Below are positions 45,355 through 57,147 of a stretch of 64,000 bases of DNA, one piece after another. The notes under the pieces were generated by a model. That model saw nothing but the letters and a program-made list of their open reading frames with translations. It had not been told where the DNA came from and did not search any database. This stretch comes from a virus (taxonomy: Duplodnaviria; Caudoviricetes), in the IMG/VR virus record IMGVR_UViG_3300029288_000001, positions 32,001 to 96,000 of that record. One strand, given 5' to 3'. The stretch's first letter is position 1, and the number at the start of each line of letters is the position of its first letter. The position numbers and the translations under genes are program-made.

Positions 45355-47098
45355 ATTTTCTTACTCCTTAAAATCTATTATTAATTTTTGTTTTTGAGAT
45401 TGATCGTCATATATTTTATTTTTAATCAATTCCGAGAGTTCATACATCTCGTATAACATCTCGTCGGTGACTTGGTTCTTACCATGCTTTTCGTTATGGT
45501 CCATAAAATCGTCTAACTCTCCACTACACATAATCATGCTTTTAGAATCCTCCTTGTTCTCGTAGAACGAAAACGCGTTAAGCGGTTCTTCTTCCGTATT
45601 AAAGACCACGATCGAGTTCTCGTTCCATTTAATATCTGGGGGTTCGTGCTCTTCGTACATAAGACCACCAAACTTTTTATTTCTTTTCGCTCCCTCGCTC
45701 GATCGACACGCATATTCCATATCCTACAATTAACATGGCGTGAACTAAGAAAAACGCGAAGAAATAAATGCTCGGGTCGAGTTTCTGTAGGTAGTTCGCG
45801 AGCTGCATAGCGATTGCCATGGCTATAGTTAATATTACTATAACTGAGCTTCCTTTTCCCATTTTTAATATCCCTCTCCTATTTCTTTTACTATTTCGCT
45901 TATCTTATTTATTTTCTTAAATAATTCGCGTATTTCTTCGATCTTGTAATCAAGGTTTTCGCGCCACTTTACTTTTTCTTCTAAAGTCTTGAATTGTTGT
46001 TCTAAACTATATTTTAATTGCCACACATCTTTCCAATCGTGGTCTTTCGCCTCCGCTCGCACCAACGCGACGCGATACGCCTCTTTCGCTTCCTCGAACT
46101 TTTGGTTTAACCCTACCATCGTGGTGCGCAGTAACGCGACCTCGTTCCTTACATCCAATAGTTCCTTTCTAAGATCTTCGCTCATTCTTTCTTTTCCTCG
46201 TCGGTTATCTTAATATGACTTTCGCCCTTTAACTTCGCTTCGCGTATCTTCAGGATGAGACCGTGCATACGATTTTTATGGATTATCTGCACTCGGGCAA
46301 AGGTCTCCTCGCATTTTTTAATAAGCTCTATGGGCTCGGAGGTTTCTACTTTATGACCTATATAGTCGTTGGTAGGGTTTCCACAGATAACGCAATTACA
46401 TCCGTTTTCCCGAACGGGATCATCGTCCTTGTTCGCGAGTTCGAGAAGCTCGGTTAAATACTCCTTCCTACACAATTCGCACATTACTTCCGATATATGC
46501 ATTCTAACTCTCATTTTTCTTCTTTTCCTCCTTCTTTTTTATTGGTTCTCTGGCTTCGTAACCACTCCATCTTTAACCATAACGGTATTTTCCCTTCTCC
46601 TTTACATAGATCGCAGTCGTAGGGAACGCCTTCTTCGTGTAAGTTGTAGCCGTATTCTCTATACCCTCCTTCGCCGTGGCATTCTGGACACGTCACGATC
46701 TTATATTTATTACTGGGAGAACTATTACCTGGTCTTTTATGAATCATTCTCATTTTATTAGATCACCTTTTTATAATTTACCATATCTTGATACGCGCAC
46801 CGCGACTTGTTGTGCTTGGGACATAGATTCCATTTTTTATAGAAACGGCATTTGAGCTTGCACTCGATGTCCTCGATCTCTTTTTCGATCTTATAGAGCT
46901 TAACCTCGTAGTGTCCTATCTTTTCTACCACCTCGTGGTAACGCTTTAACATCTTCGCGTCCTCGTCGGGTTCCTTTTCTTCGTCCTCTTCCTCCTCGTC
47001 CCAGTCGTCTGTCTCTATTTCGAGTTGGCGGTAAAGCCAATCTCTTTCTTCCTCTAAACCCTTTATTGTTTTCTTCGCGTCTTTTAGATCTTCAAGTA

Positions 47099-47491
47099 TT
47101 ATCCAACCATCGGGTTCCATACTTCCCCTCTCGCTTCTACTTCTTTCTTAATTTTTAGTAACTTAATTAATATCTGCCCATGACACTTCAATGGCGTTAG
47201 AGTGCGCGTCGTTGCACACCAACATCCAAGTCTTAACCCCTCGAGCTCGTTCAGGTTAAACATCTTCGGATCTAACGAGATTCGTTTCCGTATGTAGTTC
47301 TCGTATAACTCCAACGCTTTCGCGCCGTATTTCTCGATCGAAAACGGGTTCGCCCATTTCGAGTCCTTGGGAAACTCCTCGTGGAGCGCGTGCGTTCTCA
47401 TCTGAGCGCGACCTATGTAGAGGTCGTAGTGGGGACGCACTCCTTTTACCTTGTGGATGTCGATAACCATGCTCATTACAACCACCCCCAA
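47099..47491 (-). CDS. DUF4326 family protein
   Basis: YDLYIGR...SKWANPF...LGCWC...CHGQIL. Confidence 0.88.
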   Translation of the reverse strand: MGVVVMSMVIDIHKVKGVRPHYDLYIGRAQMRTHALHEEFPKDSKWANPFSIEKYGAKALELYENYIRKRISLDPKMFNLNELEGLRLGCWCATTRTLTPLKCHGQILIKLLKIKKEVEARGEVWNPMVG

Positions 47492-47730
47492 TATAGAATG
47501 TCAAGGTCGCGTTCGTCTTGTAGTTTGGATACCTTTATCCATTTCTCCGTTAGTCTATTTATAAAATTCAATAATTGTTGAGGCGTGAGCACTTGGAATT
47601 GAGAACAATCCTTTAATTCTCGCGGTAATTTCTCCCACCCCTCCTGTAATTGGAGGTGTTTAAAATTCATTATTTTATCCATTATTTTACAGTTGGTTTT
47701 ATGATCGCAGATATCGCATATTGGAATCGT
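47476..47730 (-). CDS. Hypothetical protein, extended to ACG start
   Basis: GGAGG lies 8 nt before ACG ATT CCA; the extension adds a CDICDHKTNC motif. Confidence 0.6.
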   Translation of the reverse strand, partial: TIPICDICDHKTNCKIMDKIMNFKHLQLQEGWEKLPRELKDCSQFQVLTPQQLLNFINRLTEKWIKVSKLQDERDLDILYWGWL

Positions 47731-48531
47731 TTTAATTGCCTCCTTTCGTTTCTAAATAACATCCTTCTTTTCGATCTTAATGTCATACGCGTTCATCTTA
47801 GTTAGTAACGCTTCTCGGATTATTCTAACTACGAACTCGTTCAACGCCACTTTCTTGTCTCTATAAGAATCTGGTAGCACTATTTCCGCCTCGTCCATAA
47901 ACCCATATACGTAATCCTTCACCAATTTCTTACCGTGATTCTCCATATATTCTTTAATGTATTTCGCTACGAATTTATGCACTTCGAACTTCTCTAACTC
48001 CTCGTGCAAGACTTGATACGCGATTCCGCGAATGTCCTTTTCCAACTCGCTAATATTGACTCGTATTTTACAGTCTTTCTTGTCTTCGGTCATTTCCGCG
48101 CCCCCGCCTCTTTCAGTTTTTTAATAATATTATTTAATATAAAAGTATCGTTAATATTTCTATCCCACTTCCGTTGTTCTATGGTTAGAATTGATTGTAA
48201 TTCAGAATCAGATAAAAGCGACATTTTTAAATGTTTTATTAATCGTATTAAATGATTTAAATGCGTTCTATTCTCCGCGTGACATACCACATTCACATAA
48301 TTAATCTGTCGCGTGGCATCTATTTTATCTATTAATAAACGCGTTATTTCCTTTAGGCTCATGGAGCGCCCGCCTCCTTCGTTTTATGTTCTTCTATAAA
48401 ATAGTCTATAATAAAATTAACTAAAGATTCAACGGCATAATAAGCGTGAGGATTATGAATAACATCAATAATAGGACCTCCAAGAGCTTTTGTTTTTTCG
48501 CGGAGTTCGTCTATAAAAGCTTTCTCGTCCA

Positions 48532-49857
48532 TTACTTTTCTCCCCCGATCTCCTTTCTTAGTTTTTCAATATATACGGAAATTATTCCTTTTAGCGTTTT
48601 ATGATCGATACACGCGTCAACATATTTCTGTAATTGATCGGCGACTACTGCCTTTTCGATCACATCGATGTGTTCCATTACCGATTCTTCGTTGTTTTTC
48701 GTGCGATCTATAACGATTATTTTTTCAAGAGGGAGACAATTTGGATAAAACCAATTTCCTTTGAGATCCTTACATTTTAGTCCGCATTCGTCTATTCCTT
48801 CACCACCTATCGCGAAAGGACAACGATCGCATTGACCAGGGACTGGTTCCGCCGTCGCGCCTCTCATTTTATTGAACTCGTCTTGAACTTCCTTTTCCGT
48901 AATATCAGGGATCTTTAGATGAGACGCCGCCTCTTTCTCGTCTTCTTCCTTAATCCTCTTACAATAATCTATTTCCGATTCGCCGTCGATCTCAGAAACT
49001 ACGGTGTAAGGAGCGGTAGAGAGAACCGTTCCCACAGGAGGGTCCACTCTTTTATAACATTCACAATCGCATTTATTACAGTCTCTATCATAATGGTCGG
49101 CGAATGTATGTCCACACTTACAAAGGGGATGATCCTTCGCTTTCGAGTCGGTCTTTTCCTTCTCTCTTTTTTCGATTAACGCTTTTCTTTCTTGTTTATA
49201 TTTGATCTCGTCGTACACGCTACATCCTACCGTTCTATTGTTTTTTTCTTTACAATCAATAGATTTGGGACACTTCTCGCATACAATAATCGATTTCTCG
49301 CCTGGAGGATCTGTCGCTTCTTTCATTATTTTTTTTAATCTCTCTTCTTCTTTTTTAAACTCGAACGCTTCCTTTATAGAAGGATCGCCAATTCTTATAT
49401 CTCGTAGTCCTCTTGATTGGTAAGCGTCTTGGATTGAATGAGAAGGTGGTATTCCTTCCTTCTTTCCTTCGAGCGCGTCTAACCTCTTTAATACGCTCTG
49501 TTCCTCTTTCCACTCTTCTTGAGACGAGTTCACGCACGCACGCATCCAAGTTTCGAGATCGTTTAACCGCAGTAACATTTCCTCCCGTCCTTCGATCTCT
49601 TTCGTCATTACTACCATCCTCTCTTCGATCTTACATTCGAGCGTTTCTATTCTATCTCGGAAGTCTATAAGCACCTCTCCCGTCTGCGTGAGCTCTCGGT
49701 CGGCGAAGGTTGTAAGGTCTTTTACCTTGTCCTCTATTTCGTGAAACCTTTGTCGTATTCCATCTATAACGCTCAGTTGATCGTTCCTATGTCTCGCGAG
49801 GATGTCTTCGAGCTTGTCCAACCGTTCTTTTAATTGGATGCTTTCGTAGTCGGTCAT
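48532..49857 (-). CDS. Mosaic protein C: coiled coil and Cys-rich cassettes
   Basis: Diverged linkers PPGEKSI, KTDSKAKD, GATAEP, EKAVVAD and EIGGEK. Confidence 0.7.
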   Translation of the reverse strand: MTDYESIQLKERLDKLEDILARHRNDQLSVIDGIRQRFHEIEDKVKDLTTFADRELTQTGEVLIDFRDRIETLECKIEERMVVMTKEIEGREEMLLRLNDLETWMRACVNSSQEEWKEEQSVLKRLDALEGKKEGIPPSHSIQDAYQSRGLRDIRIGDPSIKEAFEFKKEEERLKKIMKEATDPPGEKSIIVCEKCPKSIDCKEKNNRTVGCSVYDEIKYKQERKALIEKREKEKTDSKAKDHPLCKCGHTFADHYDRDCNKCDCECYKRVDPPVGTVLSTAPYTVVSEIDGESEIDYCKRIKEEDEKEAASHLKIPDITEKEVQDEFNKMRGATAEPVPGQCDRCPFAIGGEGIDECGLKCKDLKGNWFYPNCLPLEKIIVIDRTKNNEESVMEHIDVIEKAVVADQLQKYVDACIDHKTLKGIISVYIEKLRKEIGGEK

Positions 49858-50779
49858 TTCTTGTTAATTACCTCCATTACTTTCTTTTTCCCCTCCTCTG
49901 ATAGATCGTCCATAGTTCTCTGCGACGGAGGGTGCTCGCAGCCGTATTCTGAGCACGACACAAGACCCGTTAATGCACCGTGGGTGAGGATCACGCCGTC
50001 TGGCTCATTAAGGTAATAGTTAGCTAAAAGACACGCTACTCCAAAACTATTTCCAGAATGTTCGTCGCTCGTAACTCCTTTCTGTAGATCGTCGTTATCG
50101 TGGAACTCCTTAACCGTTTTATTGTTCTTCTTACAGTAGTCTGCTATTTTCACGGCTTCTTCGCAGCACATTAACTCGTAGCCTCCGAACGCGTGGTTAA
50201 AATTAGAACAACTCCTTCGAAACCGATCGATTCTTTTCTGGAATATGGGTGGTAGCGCATTGTACTGCGCGTCTTGTTTCTTCTGGTCGTATAAACGATA
50301 GAAGAAGCACTCTCCGTTATCGGTGAGGCTTTCCGTCTTACAGTCGGTAGTGTCTTCTTTATAATACACGCATTCTTTACATTTTTCGTTCATGATCGTT
50401 CTCTTTTTCTTTATTTTGATTAGTATATTATAAATATAAAAAAATAATTATTTCTTAATTAATAGATCGCTTAATTCGCACAGTTTCAACAATCGTTCTA
50501 GGACTTTTTCGTAGTCTTCTTTCTTATAGTCACAAACGCGCGTATCAAAGATGATCTTCTTCTTCTTTTTTAATTGTTTATCCGTTTTTCTTCGCGCTTT
50601 ATAACTATCAATCCTAGTATCTATTACTAAATTAGAATATATCTTCGTCTCGGTGATATTAATGTGTCGTTCGGACTCTCGATTCTTGATGTGATGGTAT
50701 GCCACTAATTCCACTTGAGGCATGCACGGGTTCGTGTAAAAAATTAATTTAAAGTAAAATCTAGGATCCATTTCTTTCC

Positions 50780-51655
50780 TTACCCCTTTATTTTATCGTT
50801 TAAATAATTGAAGAACTCTTTCCTTGCCTTCTCTCCGATCGCTTTCTTGACTGCGTCCGTGATCACGGTCTCTCCTTTCGATTCTTTTTCCACATCCGCG
50901 ATCATTGCCTTGATCACATCTCCGGTATCTTTTTTATCAGGATCCGCAGGGAGACCATATTTCGTAGGGTTACTCATTAAATGACTAAGCCGCCCAGCAG
51001 TGACCCATTCTTCCGCGATCGCTTTCGCTTCTGTTAAGACCTTCAACTTCGCGGGATCGTCTATAGCTCGGGGAGTTTTAACTTCGTCGTATTCTGGGTT
51101 TCTATATTTCGCGATCACTCTAGAACCGTTGTTGGATGTAAACTCTTCTAATGGATGGAGCACTAACCCTTCGCGTAGATGCTCACCCATCTCTTTCTTT
51201 GCGGCTATCGTAGAAGGTAATCTCGCAACTCGCATTACTTCTTCTGGCGTAGCGTCTATGATCACAGAATCTACCACTTGTAACCCTAGTTGTCCTCCCA
51301 GTGCGATCGTTTTATCGAACGAAAGCCACATATCCTCTACTCGGATGTCGAACAAGATGAAATCTGAGTTCTTTCCATACATATGGCTCATTTTATTGAT
51401 CTTTCCTCCGTAGAACTCGCCATGGAGCTTCACTTTCTTAGTTCCAAACTTTTCGCGCATAAGAGCTAATAACTTCTCGTGGTTGAATAGCGCCTTAAAT
51501 ACATCTGCGGAACCTCCTCCTGAATGATAGAAAAGATTATCGTCCTTATAGGTAATCCACGCGCTCGTGCCGTGAATCTTCTCGGTCGCCCAGATCTTCT
51601 TAAACAACAATATTTGTTGGTTTTTATACAAATTCTCGATTTCTAAATAACCCAT
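50780..51655 (-). CDS. Rnl2-like RNA ligase
   Basis: ATEKIHGT, HGEFYG, FILFDI, REGLVL, IAKYR, WVTAGRL C-domain. Confidence 0.85.
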   Translation of the reverse strand: MGYLEIENLYKNQQILLFKKIWATEKIHGTSAWITYKDDNLFYHSGGGSADVFKALFNHEKLLALMREKFGTKKVKLHGEFYGGKINKMSHMYGKNSDFILFDIRVEDMWLSFDKTIALGGQLGLQVVDSVIIDATPEEVMRVARLPSTIAAKKEMGEHLREGLVLHPLEEFTSNNGSRVIAKYRNPEYDEVKTPRAIDDPAKLKVLTEAKAIAEEWVTAGRLSHLMSNPTKYGLPADPDKKDTGDVIKAMIADVEKESKGETVITDAVKKAIGEKARKEFFNYLNDKIKG

Positions 51656-53278
51656 ATTTTTTCACTTTTTTTTATTAATATAAATTTCTTCGCATTCCTT
51701 ACAGAACGCCGTTAATCTTCTTGGTATCGACCAATGCGATTCTACCCAGTATAGTTCCACGGAAGGAACGATCTTCTCGCACCAGTCGCACTTCACGCCT
51801 TTATTTTCCTTAATGAAATCTAGCCAATATTCTGCGCTCATTTCTTAATTGCACTCCATTTACTATTGTTAAAACATCCTACTGTTTGGCAGAGATCGCC
51901 GTGCGTGTCTTTACCGTATTCACAGTTTCCACAGGTTAGTTTACAATGATTCACACACCAAAAATGGTGATACTTGGGATTTAAACCGTCGTCGTCTATG
52001 TGGTATTCGTTATAGACCTTGCCTCCGCATTCGGGGCATTTCATGGTAGTCAAGCTCATTTTTAATCACCATTTATGCTATCGAATCAAATACGGTCTTA
52101 CCACATTTATAACATTCTAAAGAAAACGATCCTTTTTCGTAGTGTAATTTAGTGTTACACGAGGGACATCGTATCTTCTTGGTTCTATTTTTAATTCTCG
52201 TTTTCAATCACCATTTATAATCCTTATCGTTTTCCTCGTGGTATTTCTTATTAAGCTCGCCGCAGATCTTGGGCGCAGTGCTTACTGGCGCTTTAAATAT
52301 GTGTTTAAACGCGCTTTCAAAATCGATCATCGTGCCGCACAGAGCGCACCTTCTTTTCTTAATACGCTTCGTCGCGTAGGTGTATTGCTTACACCGTGGA
52401 CATTGGAAACAGAATATTTCCGCGTCCGTTGATTTCTTAGAGTCTTCCATCTTCTATTCTCCACCTTACTTCCCATTTTATAAAACTTTTGAATTCTTGT
52501 AATAACATATCGATCTTAAACATAAGCTCTCCTATAGTCGGTTTTACTTGTTGCCATTGCATTATGCAAGTTATTTTGCGACTTCCCCCGTGCGTGAATA
52601 CTTCCTCGTGGTTGCCATTATGATGCTTCCGTAATTGACAATAGAAGGTACAACTGTTGTCGCCAAAATCGTCTCCTATGGACAACTTCGCCTTACATTG
52701 TCCTTTTTCTCGATGTCTCATATTAATCGTGGTTTACTTGTTCGTAGTCGATTATACAGATCAAGCGAAGCGACTGTTGCACGAGCTTCCAAGTCATCGT
52801 ATACGCGCATGTTTCGCACGCTTTTTCTTTCATGAAGTCGTTAATCCTTTTCTCAAAACTGGATAACTCTTCCGTGCCAATCGTTTCCTTATAGCCATTA
52901 ACGATCGCACCTTGGACAAATATTTTAATCGTCATTTTTCTTAACCTCGTATTCTTTTATTATTTTCTTAATTCTTTCCCGCTCGTCGTCAAAACTAGCG
53001 TAGATTTCAACCAATTTGTAGAAGAACTCGTCCGACTGCTCGTTGGTGAGCTTAGACCAGACTTCCTCGATGTCCATTTCAACATTCGTATTTATTTTTA
53101 TTCTCGTCATCCTTATCCAACTTCCGCAATTTTAGATCGTATAACATGCAAGTTACATTACGGCACGCGTACCAGTCATCTCTTCCCTCGAATGGGTCGT
53201 CCTTGAAGAGGAGCTTCCCACACGATAAACAAGAGGGTCGTTCGTCTGACATTTTGATTTTTTCTCTTTTTTAATAAA

Positions 53279-53926
53279 TTATATTATTTTTATTTGTTTA
53301 TAAATCTTTTTATCGTTACTCTTAACATATTTCTTGTAATCGAACGACACTAATTCGCGATCGAAGTGAATTCCTATGTTGTTAACCCATAGCACCACGA
53401 TCGAAGGGAAGTTCGACACGCTCATTACTTTCTTTAATAAAGGTTTTCCCGTTTTCGGATCGATGACTTTCAGACCCGTTTTCTTGTCCACGACCTCCTT
53501 GTAGTAGAATGGCTTCCCGTCCACGAGGAAGTTAATGCGTCCTTTACAGAGAAGGAAATACTGGGCGTGGTAACAATAATCGTGGAAATATTTAGTCTCC
53601 GTCCTCGCGGGTATGAGCAAGGCGATCAGGCATCTACGATTATGGAGAACGGCTTCGTCGTGCTCGAAGGAACATTTCATAGACCATTCCTTTACATGCG
53701 AGTAAGGAGGGTTCACGAACACGAGTTCCTCTTTCCACGATTGTAAGAGACCGTTGGTCTCCTTCGTGAATACTTTGGGAGCTTTCTTGTTCTTCTCCGT
53801 GCCACACGCGTCCAGAGTAAATTCTACATCTAGAAACGATTCTAGCGCTTTTACGACTTCTGGAGGAGTTTCCCAGTCATCGGAGCTCGTTTCCTTGGGA
53901 GCGCGGCTAAAACCTTCTTTATTCAT
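53279..53926 (-). CDS. Phage-type DNA N6-adenine methyltransferase (Dam family)
   Basis: DDWETP, FTLDAC, NGLLQSW, FVNPPYS, LIPARTETKYFH, GRINF. Confidence 0.92.
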   Translation of the reverse strand: MNKEGFSRAPKETSSDDWETPPEVVKALESFLDVEFTLDACGTEKNKKAPKVFTKETNGLLQSWKEELVFVNPPYSHVKEWSMKCSFEHDEAVLHNRRCLIALLIPARTETKYFHDYCYHAQYFLLCKGRINFLVDGKPFYYKEVVDKKTGLKVIDPKTGKPLLKKVMSVSNFPSIVVLWVNNIGIHFDRELVSFDYKKYVKSNDKKIYKQIKII

Positions 53927-54731
53927 ATCGCACCTGATTTCTTTCCGTTTTATTCGTTTCTTTATCGTATAGTCTAAACTCTTTTATTTTACAGATAGGA
54001 CAGTTAAAATATTTAAAAACATAAAAAATAGTCGTTAGTTGATATATCTTCTTTTTATGGTTACATTCGATCATTTTTTTAAGTCACCTCAAGAAGTACG
54101 AGATCGCCGTATTTTAATTCTGCACCACATTTCTCGCATTTAAAATCACATAATTCCAATTGTATATCAGAATTTGAAGTACAGTCTGACCAAGGATAGA
54201 AAACTTGATTCAAACGAGTAATTCCTGTTTCCCCTAGATCGTTGGGACACGCTAAATAAAATATAGACATTTTTGGCTCACTTCTCCGTGATCCTTATCG
54301 TGGTAATGAGTTTCTCTCCTTCTTCTTTATGGTTTACATTCATAACACCAACTTGCCTATCGTAGATAAAATGTAGCGCGTCCAACACTTCCTGCGTATC
54401 GTGTTTATGAGCACTAAATAGACCGCACAAGAACTTTTCGTTTTTAACCGTTATTACAACGGTGTTGCGTTCGTGCGACACGCGGAATACCCACGCGGCG
54501 AGCTGGGCTTGTAAGCCCTTGTAAATCCAAGCTATATTGAAGGGAATTTTCTGTGCGCGAAGGATCGTCTCTACTAACGATAAATGAGAGGTAGCAGAGC
54601 GTTGTAACATGTGTTGGGTAAGGAACTCTTTATTACCGTCCGTGAGCTCGTTCCAGAGCTCGTCTGCTTTCTTAGCGGGATATTCTACACCTTTTTTAGC
54701 GAGTTCTAATATAAGATCGTCCTTCTCTACT

Positions 54732-54974
54732 TTAGATATTTCTATTTCTTCCATCTTTTCTTTCCTCCATTAGGTAGTTTATAAACGCGATTATGTCCGA
54801 CATGCACCCGCGATCGAACATCGTATTGTTCTCGGGAAAGAAGCAGTATTGCCTCCACGCGCCGCTCCATTTCACATAGCCTATTACCAAGTTGTTGGTG
54901 TTGTTAACCACCTCGTATAGGTTCGTTTTCTCGCCTTTATGTTTTAATTTAAAATCTATGTAATGTTTACTCGT
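54732..54974 (-). CDS. Conserved phage hypothetical protein with ACG start (missed by ORF track)
   Basis: GAGGTGA-AAAAGA-ACG AGT AAA with in-frame TGA upstream; (M)SKHYIDF...KWSGAWRQYCFFP. Confidence 0.75.
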   Translation of the reverse strand, partial: TSKHYIDFKLKHKGEKTNLYEVVNNTNNLVIGYVKWSGAWRQYCFFPENNTMFDRGCMSDIIAFINYLMEERKDGRNRNI

Positions 54975-55539
54975 TCTTTTTCACCTCTATGAAATCTTCG
55001 GGAGTTTCTTTTATTTTCATCTTCCACGATCGTTTTCTTTTCTGTTGTACTTCAATACTCCACGGAGAGCAGTCCTTCACTCGTTTCGATACATTCTCGT
55101 AGCACCACCGCGCGAAAGTCCCTAGCACCGCTCTGCTACTATCGGAATTGTCGAATCTAAGCTCTACGCGGTCTCTATTCTTCCAGTTCCTCTGTTCGTT
55201 GTCGCCATAGACCGAGATTCCTTCCTCTGGATGATAATTCAAGAGAATACTATATCCTCCTTCCCAAGAAGCGAAATCAAGATCCATACTACCGTCTCCG
55301 CATTGATTCATCATAGGTTTTTCGATCGTTAAGTTCCGTTCCTGATAGTATTTCTTAATACTAAGGGCAATTTCGATCGCTTTATCGATCGTGGATTCTA
55401 AGATAGGTTCCGTATCGTCGTCGTCCGCCCAGCCTTTTACACTACAGTTCTTCAAGATATACGCTTTTTCTTCGTCAAAAATCCACGGTTCGCTCATTCC
55501 TCTTTCTCGCCTCCTTTTTCTACTTCGATCTCGTTCCAA
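54967..55539 (-). CDS. Hypothetical protein with C-terminal PEDF tag
   Basis: Ends KETPEDFIEVKKNE; the true start is probably at MSEPW. Confidence 0.6.
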   Translation of the reverse strand: MERDRSRKRRRERGMSEPWIFDEEKAYILKNCSVKGWADDDDTEPILESTIDKAIEIALSIKKYYQERNLTIEKPMMNQCGDGSMDLDFASWEGGYSILLNYHPEEGISVYGDNEQRNWKNRDRVELRFDNSDSSRAVLGTFARWCYENVSKRVKDCSPWSIEVQQKRKRSWKMKIKETPEDFIEVKKNE

Positions 55540-57147
55540 TCGTCTAAATAGATTTTAGGTTCTCCTTTTTTTATTTTCACAATATTTACATTAACAATTG
55601 TTTTTTTTATTGGCTCTACTTCGATCTTATTCCAATACAGGTCTTTTTCCGTAACTCCATCTACTTCTTGGTATAAGAGTTTTATTATCTTTTCCGCGCG
55701 TAGGTTTAAATACGCCGATTTTGGATCGGTAGCGATCATGATTTCCGTTACGAGCCTTTTTAATTCCTCGTATACTTCTTTTTTCACGTTAATACTCGTC
55801 CTCCCAATCGTTACCCCACTCGTCGTCCTCGTCGAGATCGAAGTTCTCGTCTATGAAATCTTCTATTATATCTGGAGTCCACCACTCTTCGCACTTGGGA
55901 CACCAACCTCCTTCCTGCGCGTCGTAGTTCTCTAACGCGCCTCCACAATCGGGGCATATTCCAAAATAATTCATTCTTCTCTATCCTCCTTTATTTCTAT
56001 AAACTTATTAATCTTCGCAGAAACGCTCTCCTTTTCTTTTTCTTCTCTTCTTTTCTCTTGTTTCTCCTTTCCAACGCTTGATTACGTATCTCTGCCATGT
56101 TTTGGCAGTGTTCAAACGCTAAGAGGTATCCCGCGGTAGATATATATCGAATAAACTTCAAGCACATATTAATCGTCCATATCGCTCCAATCGTCGTCTG
56201 GATCCCAATAGTCGTAGCGATCCTCGTCCTCGAACTTATCGTAGTCGGGACCGTCGTATTCCCCGTTGGTATATCCTTCTAACCATTGATCCTCTAACTC
56301 GGCTTCGCGTTCTTGTTCTTGTTCTAGGTCTTGTAGCGCGTAGATACAACCCATCTGAGCAAGATATTCTCGGTCTGCTACGAGATCGTTGGTAAATACG
56401 TTCTTTATCTTACAGTTCTTACAGTCTTGATTACATTTCTCTACCATTTTTATCTATACCTCTTTAGCGGTGTTGGGTGTAAACGGCGTTTCATGCACTC
56501 TCGGCACTTCTTTTTCGAAGGATCGTAGTTACATAAACACATCCGCCTATGCGGGCTACAATTCTTATCTTCTCCTCTCGTATTATCCCACCTCCATTTC
56601 TAATACTTTTTTTTCGATCGTTTTTAATTCTTTCTTTATGTCGGGGCAGTCGGAAGTATCGATCTCGCATTTAATTCCTTTGGAGTCCATGAGTTGTTTC
56701 GCTAACACTAAGAACCCATACAACAACCGTAGCCTAGAATCGAAGATGTCGTAGCCCACATCGCCCCATATGTTTCTGCCAATATTTGGCGACATACGAA
56801 GATCTTGTATAAACTGGATGCCTTCTATTCTAATTCCGAAATACCACGCGATCCTATCTTCCATCGTCTTGAAATGGGTTTCGCAGAACTCGCAGTCGTC
56901 GCGATCGCAGGATGGTGCGGTAAGGTCGCGCGAGTCTACTACTCTTAATATTCTTCGTAGGAGCGCGTCGTTTTTTAATCGGTAGCCTCCTTCCACGCTC
57001 CATCTTTTATAACTGTCCTTATCGATCGTGGGAGGGTTCTCCTCCATCTCGTTGTAAAGATCGAGTGGGAACTTCTCGTTAACGATAATAAACAATTGTA
57101 ATGGGTCTACCTCTTCTTTAAACTCTAACCATATTGATTGTACCATG

